NCBI GenBank assembly: GCA_030059665.1
Contig: JANVYR010000002.1
Coordinates: forward strand, 352,001-416,000
DNA: 64,000 bases
Direction of reading: 5' to 3'
Origin: Candidatus Calditenuis fumarioli
GTDB taxonomy: Archaea; Thermoproteota; Nitrososphaeria_A; Caldarchaeales; Calditenuaceae
The position numbers were made by a program, and so were the translations under genes. Every line of letters starts with the position of its first letter. Position 1 is the first letter of the stretch. This document shows, one piece after another, positions 58,304 to 64,000 of the stretch. The notes beneath the pieces were generated by a model. The model was not told the DNA's origin, searched no databases, and saw nothing but the letters and a program-made list of their open reading frames with translations.

Positions 58304-58905
58304 GCTCGACCGGCCCCGAAGAGGGCGCACGGTTCTACAAACCTGCGGAGGACACCTGGCTGCTGATGGACTGCCTCCTCTCGGACAGGAGAAACCGGGT
58401 GACCAGGGCGGTGGACGTGGGATGCGGGACAGGGGCCGTGACGGAGGCCCTCCTTCAGCTTTCCGACGAGGTGTTGGCGGTGGACGTGGACGTGGGCGCG
58501 CTGATCGAGCTGAGGTCCAGGCTGAAGGGGTCGCTGGAGAGGATCGAGACCGTAGCCGCCGACAAGCTCTCCTTCCTCAGGCCCGGCTGCAGGATAGAGC
58601 TGATCGCATCCAACCCGCCCTACCTGCCCTACTCCGGAGATGAGCCCTTCGATCCGACGATCCACTCGGGACCCGAAGGGACGGAGTTCGCAAGGGACCT
58701 GATCGCTTCGGCCCTCCGGCTCCTGGGATGCGGCTGGGAGGCCTACGTGATCGCCTCGTCGCTCTCCCGCCTCGACGATCTCATCGATTGGGTCTGCTCG
58801 CTCGGCCTCCGGGTTACGGTCCTGGCCAGAAGGCGCCGGTTCTTCGAGGACATTCTCTGCCTCAGGGTGACATGTGACCGGTCAGGTTCGGTGCATGAAA
58901 GATAA
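58300..58905 (+). CDS. HemK2/Mtq2-like glutamine N5-methyltransferase
   Basis: YKPAEDT, DVGCGTG, NPPY; overlaps the aRF1 stop (ATGA). Confidence 0.85.
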   Translation: MSSTGPEEGARFYKPAEDTWLLMDCLLSDRRNRVTRAVDVGCGTGAVTEALLQLSDEVLAVDVDVGALIELRSRLKGSLERIETVAADKLSFLRPGCRIELIASNPPYLPYSGDEPFDPTIHSGPEGTEFARDLIASALRLLGCGWEAYVIASSLSRLDDLIDWVCSLGLRVTVLARRRRFFEDILCLRVTCDRSGSVHER

Positions 58906-58938
58906 CTTTTTTAGTGATCGCCGCGTAGACCGCTTACA

Positions 58939-59199
58939 ATGGAGACGGCTCAGAGGAGGCTAACCCACAGGGGCCACGTCATGGAGACCCCTGAGGGCGA
59001 GCTCCTGCTAGTGAACGAGAGCGGCGTGGCGTACAGGGTGAACGAGTCGGTCGTAGCTGTCTGGAGCCTGTTCGAGGACAAGACGGTGGACGAGGTGGTG
59101 GAGGAGGTATCGAAGGAGCTGCAGATAGACCCGGAGGAGATAAGGCAGGCGATCGCTGACCTCGCGGAGCAGCTGATCCAGGCCGAGCTCTTGGCGTAA
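58939..59199 (+). CDS. PqqD/RRE-like small protein
   Basis: Three beta-strands then helices (VNES..AVWSLF..TVDEVVEEVS...L...L..L); 86 aa; acidic. Confidence 0.65.
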   Translation: METAQRRLTHRGHVMETPEGELLLVNESGVAYRVNESVVAVWSLFEDKTVDEVVEEVSKELQIDPEEIRQAIADLAEQLIQAELLA

Positions 59200-59251
59200 A
59201 GGGCAACGGGCTTCAGTCAGTAGCACGAGTTTGTTTTCCAGTTTCTCCCCC

Positions 59252-60475
59252 TCAGCGGAGAGAGTGCATCATCAACAGGGCTAAGGCGATGGCCGCCAGG
59301 TAGAGGGCAGATGCCAGCCAGGGGAGGAGGGGCCCTCCGAGACCGGTCAGGAACCAGACCATTCTCAGCACGTTGCCCGCGTTGAGGTACACCGCTGGCC
59401 AGAACGTGAGGCCGAGGTACGGCGTTCTGCCGGTGAGGAGTCCCGGCAACATGATGGGCGCGTATGCGAGGATCGCGTTGCCCACGAAGCCGATGGTGAA
59501 CGCGTGTATGCTGGCGTCCCTCAGACCGTACCAGAAGGGACCTGAGGTCAGCGAGCTGAGAGCGGTCAGGACCGAGAGGATGGATGCGGAGAGCGCCCAG
59601 AGCGTTGAGATCGCGAAGTGGACGACGAAGTACTCGTAGCGTTTCCTGTCTCGCTCGTTCATCCTCGAGTACTGCGCGCCAGACCTGACGACCCTGAGCG
59701 CGTCCAACGAGATAACCCAGATGAAGAGCGAGGCGGTGAACGAGACGGCGCCCAGAAGCTCGAGGAATCTATCGCTGAGCAGCACGGCGGCCATCGAGAG
59801 CGCTGAGCCGAGGGCCTGCAGAGGCGCGATCCACCACCAGAGGCGGCGCCTGAGCTTGAGCTCTATCCTGAAGTGCACAGTCTTTATCCCCACGCCGAGG
59901 ACCATCGAGCCCACGGCACCGAAGAGCGCGAGGTTCACGAAGCCGGGGGTTGTGAAGGGCGCGAGACCGGAGTGCTCGAGGAGCGCGTGAAGGAGGAGAG
60001 TGACCGCCATGACCGTCACCGAGAGCTGAACGAGCGGGTCCGCGGCTCCCAGCGGCCCGGAGGGCCTCCCAATCGAGAGCCACGTGTACAGAGCCATTGC
60101 CGAGACTGCAACGGTCGCGACTGCTAAGGCGGCGATCGAGGTAACAGATCCCGGGTCCGACAGGGAGCGGGCGAAGACCGAGGCGACGAGCAGAACGGGT
60201 CCGCACAGTCTGACGGCAACGCGGCGCGCCGGGTCGACGTTCCTGAACCTCGGAATCAGCAGCGAGGCCACGCTGAGGACGAAGGCGTAGACGAAGCCGT
60301 AAAGCATCAAGATGGGGTGCGATGTCGAGACCGCCACCGAGAAGCCGACTCCGGAGAGCGAGAGGAACCAGAGCGCGCCGAAGACCGCACCCAGCACCGC
60401 TGCCACGGTTGCGGCCGCGATCCCAGGGATCGCAACGGTCCTGTTAGCCCTGAGGCGCCGGTGGACCTCGGACAT
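59252..60475 (-). CDS. NnrS-like multi-pass membrane protein
   Basis: HPILMLYGF...PRF and HAFTIGF...P motifs; about 12 TM. Confidence 0.6.
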   Translation of the reverse strand: MSEVHRRLRANRTVAIPGIAAATVAAVLGAVFGALWFLSLSGVGFSVAVSTSHPILMLYGFVYAFVLSVASLLIPRFRNVDPARRVAVRLCGPVLLVASVFARSLSDPGSVTSIAALAVATVAVSAMALYTWLSIGRPSGPLGAADPLVQLSVTVMAVTLLLHALLEHSGLAPFTTPGFVNLALFGAVGSMVLGVGIKTVHFRIELKLRRRLWWWIAPLQALGSALSMAAVLLSDRFLELLGAVSFTASLFIWVISLDALRVVRSGAQYSRMNERDRKRYEYFVVHFAISTLWALSASILSVLTALSSLTSGPFWYGLRDASIHAFTIGFVGNAILAYAPIMLPGLLTGRTPYLGLTFWPAVYLNAGNVLRMVWFLTGLGGPLLPWLASALYLAAIALALLMMHSLR

Positions 60476-60565
60476 GCGTCTCCGACGATTTACCCTCCGA
60501 CCTCTATAAACATGGGTTTGAGAGATTTACGGGAGCGGTGAAGGAACCAGCGGTCCGGTTTCGAA

Positions 60566-60862
60566 TCAGCGGGTTCCCGACGGAGCGGTTATCGACTTCA
60601 GCTCCTGGGGAGAGAGGAGCCTCTTGATCTCGGTCCTGACGAACGGCTTGATGGGCATGGTCTCGACGAACCGCCTCACCTCCTCCTCGCTCTCGGCCTC
60701 GACGATCACGGCGCCGCCCGACATGTCCGCGAAGGCCCCGAAGCTCTTGACCTTCCCACTCGACTGAAGGCCGCTGCACAGATCGCACGTCTTGACGAAG
60801 GCCTCGAAGACCTCCGGCGAACCTTGGACCTCCAGCTGGCACCTGACCAGGAACAGGGGCAT
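60566..60862 (-). CDS. Muconolactone-isomerase-like / DUF3303 small dimeric alpha-beta protein
   Basis: GGAVIVEAESEEEV...P..PF pattern. Confidence 0.65.
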   Translation of the reverse strand: MPLFLVRCQLEVQGSPEVFEAFVKTCDLCSGLQSSGKVKSFGAFADMSGGAVIVEAESEEEVRRFVETMPIKPFVRTEIKRLLSPQELKSITAPSGTR

Positions 60863-60986
60863 GCTAGAACTCCCTAATTTTCAACTAATAAAGATATAAT
60901 CGGGGTGTAAAGCCCTGTAAAGCCTTTTATTCCGCTGGGTGATCGATGGCCGGATGCCCGGTCTCCGCGGGCCCTCGCTCCACGAA

Positions 60987-61178
60987 ATGAAGGCTGCGGT
61001 AGAGCGGGTCAACACCATGAGTCCTGGGGAGATTGCGCGGGCCTTTTTCGAGGTATGCCAGTCACTTCCGGGCGGCGGATCCGCGTCTAGGTCCGACGAG
61101 GCCAGGCGGATCGAGGGATTCGTCAAATCGGCGGTGCGCCTCGCGAGGAGGGTGTGGGGTGCGGTCCAGAGGGCTTAG
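60987..61178 (+). CDS. Small hypothetical protein immediately upstream of cas6
   Basis: 63 codons from ATG 60987; helical; ends 5 nt before the cas6 start. Confidence 0.4.
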   Translation: MKAAVERVNTMSPGEIARAFFEVCQSLPGGGSASRSDEARRIEGFVKSAVRLARRVWGAVQRA

Positions 61179-61183
61179 CTCGC

Positions 61184-62074
61184 ATGATCACCTCCTTCCT
61201 GGTCAAGGCAGTCTCGCCCGTCCCGATCAGGTTCGAGACCTACACGGGTTTCTCCGTCAGGGGGATGTTCTACGCGCTGCTCAGGAGCGCCGACGAGGAC
61301 CTGGCCAGGTCCATCCACGAGGCCAACACCATAAGCCCCTACAGCACGTCGGTTCTCGAGACCAGGAGGCAGGGCATGCTCTTCTCAGGCACGGTGGCTG
61401 CCGGCGAGCCCTTCTCGTTCCGGGTGGGGTGCCTCGACGGCAAGGTGTCTGACGCCATCGGCAGGGCCATCGCCGGCAGGTGGCCACCGCTGATGCGGGT
61501 GAGGAACGCCGACGCCCTCCTGCAGGAGGTCCAGGTCTCGGTCTGGAGGCCTCCCCAGCAGCTCCGGGTCGAGGAGAACATGAGGATCGAGGTCCGATTC
61601 CTCACGCCGACGTACTTCCGGAGCACCCAGCACAACCCGAGCATCCTCAGGAGGCTCCTTCCCAGGCGGTTCAGGAGGTCCGTCAGGCCGGTCTACCGTT
61701 ACGTCATACTCCCCGACCCCTACTATCTCTTCAGGGGGCTCGCGAGGCTCTACAAGAGGTTCTGCGATCCGGGCATCGGTAACAGGTCCTACGCCGAGTG
61801 GCTGCTGGAGGGAGGTATAGCGCTGGAGACCTTCAGCGGCCTCAGGGTTCACAAGGTCTACGACGAGAAGGGGAGGTGGTCGCGGGGCTTCACGGGCAAA
61901 GCCCTCTACGCGATACCCAGGGACCTCTTCGACAGGAAGATGGCTGAGCTGACGCTTCGGCTGCTCGAGCTGGCGAGGTACAGCAACGTAGGTGGCAACA
62001 GGACCGCTGGCTTCGGCGTGATCGATTACAGGGTGCTCGGACGTGGGGATGACGAAGGAGCTGATCGTCGATAG
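61184..62074 (+). CDS. cas6: CRISPR-associated endoribonuclease Cas6
   Basis: PYSTS, FLTPTYF, C-terminal Gly-rich loop VGGNRTAGFG; adjacent to cas1 and the array. Confidence 0.9.
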   Translation: MITSFLVKAVSPVPIRFETYTGFSVRGMFYALLRSADEDLARSIHEANTISPYSTSVLETRRQGMLFSGTVAAGEPFSFRVGCLDGKVSDAIGRAIAGRWPPLMRVRNADALLQEVQVSVWRPPQQLRVEENMRIEVRFLTPTYFRSTQHNPSILRRLLPRRFRRSVRPVYRYVILPDPYYLFRGLARLYKRFCDPGIGNRSYAEWLLEGGIALETFSGLRVHKVYDEKGRWSRGFTGKALYAIPRDLFDRKMAELTLRLLELARYSNVGGNRTAGFGVIDYRVLGRGDDEGADRR

Positions 62075-62293
62075 ACCTGGGACGTACATCGGCGTCCGAA
62101 AGGGTCTCTTCGTGGTGAAGGGGGCCGACGGCTCGAGGGCGGAGTTCTCGCCCGCGGAGCTCTCGTACATCTCGATCAGGTGCAGGGGCGTGGGAATATC
62201 GGTCGACGCGCTGAAGCTCGCCTGCAGGTTCGGGATAGAGCTGACGGTCTACCACAAGGGTAAACCTCTGACGAAGGTCGTCCACGCGGTGAA
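62049..62293 (+). pseudogene. cas1: 5' fragment (about 82 codons) of cas1, truncated at a CRISPR repeat
   Basis: LIVDRPGTYIGVRKGLFVV...ISI...GISVDALKLACRFGIELTV matches the Cas1 N-terminal beta-domain; the catalytic helical domain is absent. Confidence 0.8.
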
Positions 62294-62448
62294 CTTTCAA
62301 CTCCCTCTCTCGGGATCAATTACGGCCCTGTCCCTTCCCTCCATCCAGGTCCTCTTTCAACTCCCTATCTCGGGATCACTTAGGCTACATCAGCGTCAGG
62401 ATCACCGGTGTCAGGCTCGATACTTTCAACTCCCTCTCTCGGGGTCAC
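62294..62448 (-). CRISPR. CRISPR mini-array: 3 repeats (26 nt), 2 spacers (43 and 34 nt)
   Basis: Repeats at 62294-62319, 62354-62379 and 62423-62448 (CTTTCAACTCCCTCTCTCGGGATCAC on +, one mismatch each). Confidence 0.92.
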
Positions 62449-62607
62449 CGTTCCCGATTCCGGGATTTTCGGGCTCTGCGCGGCTCCCCGCCGCGCCACC
62501 CCTTCGCACGGATGAATTTTTTGACCTCTATTTTAAGATGATGGGGTCTCAATCTCAATATCAACTCAATTCATAGCACTTATCAGTTGCTGAAAAATGG
62601 TATTACC
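62449..62607 (-). promoter_or_regulatory. CRISPR leader
   Basis: AT-rich; near-identical to the 32554-32769 leader except for one indel. Confidence 0.8.
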
Positions 62608-62633
62608 TTGGTTGCCTTTTGACATCGCCCAGG

Positions 62634-63578
62634 TCACAGGTAATCGGATCTGTCCACGACGTTCCTCAGACTTTCCCCCCTCAGGTACCTGAGGACGTTC
62701 TCGGCCGCGTGGCGCACCATCTCGAGGTAGACCCGAGGGTTCCCGAAGGCCCCAGCGATCCACGGAGTGGCGATCACGTTCGGAAGCGCGGCCAGGTCGG
62801 CGTCCTGGGATATGTCGCCGCTCCAGTAGACGTCGGTGGCGTAGGTGAAGTCCGGGTTGTCGCGGAGGAACCTGATCAGATCGGGCTTCGAGACGACCCC
62901 TCCCCTGCCCACGTTCACCATGACGCCGTCGCTCCTCATCGCCCTCAGCTCCTCGTACCCGATCATGTTTTTGGTGTGCCTGTTCAGAGGCAGCGCGAGG
63001 ACCGCGAACTCCGCACCGCTCAGCGCCCCCCTCACGTCCGGGTAGGCGCGGAACTCGTCGATGAACGGCTCAGACCTCGGCCTCCGCGCGAAGCCCCTGA
63101 CCCTCATACCCAGGGCCTTAGCGAGCTCAGCGACCCTCATCCCGATCGGGCCCAGCCCGAGGACCGCGATCACGGAACCCTGGAGCACCTTGACCGTCTT
63201 GTCCCTGGAGAAGTCACCGGACCTGCAACGCTCGTGATAGTAAGGGATCCTCTTGGCGGCCGCGAGGAGGAGCGCTATCGCGTGCTCCGCCACGGGAACG
63301 GCGTTGGACCCTGCGTTGCTGCAGACCACCACGTCCTCCGGTATCGATGACCAGTCCAGGTGGTCAACCCCGGCCGAAAGTATCTGGATGACTTTCAGGT
63401 TCGGCATCATCTCCAGGTCCTCCCGGCTCAGCCTGAAGGTCACAAGCACCTCCGCCCTCCTCAGCTGCTCCGGCTCGGCCCTCCCGTAGTGCACCACGTC
63501 TGCGTGCTCGCGGAGCACCGCGTAGGTCTCCTCCGGAACGTTCTCGCCCACGTTGAGCACCACGACCCTCCGGACCAT
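62634..63578 (-). CDS. D-isomer-specific 2-hydroxyacid dehydrogenase
   Basis: SAGVDH, GLGPIG, LPLN, NVGRG, TDV, TPWIAG. Confidence 0.9.
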   Translation of the reverse strand: MVRRVVVLNVGENVPEETYAVLREHADVVHYGRAEPEQLRRAEVLVTFRLSREDLEMMPNLKVIQILSAGVDHLDWSSIPEDVVVCSNAGSNAVPVAEHAIALLLAAAKRIPYYHERCRSGDFSRDKTVKVLQGSVIAVLGLGPIGMRVAELAKALGMRVRGFARRPRSEPFIDEFRAYPDVRGALSGAEFAVLALPLNRHTKNMIGYEELRAMRSDGVMVNVGRGGVVSKPDLIRFLRDNPDFTYATDVYWSGDISQDADLAALPNVIATPWIAGAFGNPRVYLEMVRHAAENVLRYLRGESLRNVVDRSDYL

Positions 63579-63636
63579 CGCCGCCTACCCCTTCGGACGA
63601 GTTTAAACTGATATCGCTCTCGCTCGGCCGGGTGGC

Positions 63637-64000
63637 ATGGCAGCACCTCAGGGCACCGAGCTGGTGTGGGAGCTGGTGCGGGCGACCGTCGCGCTCTTCA
63701 TCATCGTGGACCCGGTAGGAACCGTCCCGTTCTTCGAGCTGCTCACCTCCGGCATGGACAGAGAACGGAGGTCGACGATCGTCAGGAGGGCAGTGCTGGT
63801 GGGGACCGCGCTCCTCCTGCTCTTCGCGGCCGCCGGTAACCTCCTGCTCGAGCTGTTCGGGATATCGCTCCAGAGCTTCCTCGTGGGAGGAGGGATGCTC
63901 CTGGTGCTCCTCGCCATCAGGATCATCCTCCACGGTGGCGAGGGCTGGGGCTCAGGTCATAGCACCGGGGTCTTTCCGCTGGCCTTCCCGCTGCTGGTGG
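63637..64000 (+). CDS. MarC-family membrane protein (3'-partial)
   Basis: LFIIVDPVGTVPFF, LELFGIS..SF..GGG..L, VFPLAFPLL; runs off the window end. Confidence 0.88.
   Translation, partial: MAAPQGTELVWELVRATVALFIIVDPVGTVPFFELLTSGMDRERRSTIVRRAVLVGTALLLLFAAAGNLLLELFGISLQSFLVGGGMLLVLLAIRIILHGGEGWGSGHSTGVFPLAFPLLV

Noticed and set aside
32796-62422. Self-targeting of the three CRISPR spacers within this window
   Set aside because: No match noticed by eye; a computational search is needed, and targets may lie outside the window.
62043-62576. 177-aa ORF spanning cas1, the array and the leader as a real fusion protein
   Set aside because: The C-terminal part is translated repeats and leader; the open frame is probably coincidental.

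Overview
A 64 kb, GC-rich (by eye about 65%) segment of a thermophilic archaeal chromosome. The gene set and sequence style suggest a TACK lineage, probably Aigarchaeota/Nitrososphaerota-related (inference). Most of it is housekeeping and heterotrophic metabolism: thrS, hisS, aRF1 with a HemK-type methylase, uS14, alba, prs, mvk, gdhA, deoC, pyrC with a fused pyrF-pyrE, a LIV-type transporter, and dispersed A/V-ATPase subunits B and F. RNA genes are a stand-alone 23S rRNA, an SRP RNA and tRNA-Ser(GCT). The main points of interest are: (i) a 617-nt bulge-helix-bulge intron in the 23S gene whose LAGLIDADG-like ORF has no stop codon in the linear intron and terminates only in the circularised form; (ii) a low-GC island with a highly divergent IS110-like (DEDD/RuvC) protein followed by a hairpin-rich non-coding tail, a candidate guide or bridge RNA; (iii) two CRISPR mini-arrays with near-identical leaders, one orphan with a single spacer and one abutting a truncated cas1 next to an intact cas6; (iv) unusual proteins, including a methyltransferase/ATP-grasp fusion, a tandem ThyX, an orphan PqqD-like protein and a degenerate histidine-kinase-like ORF. 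All assignments come from reading motifs by eye; no database searches were run.
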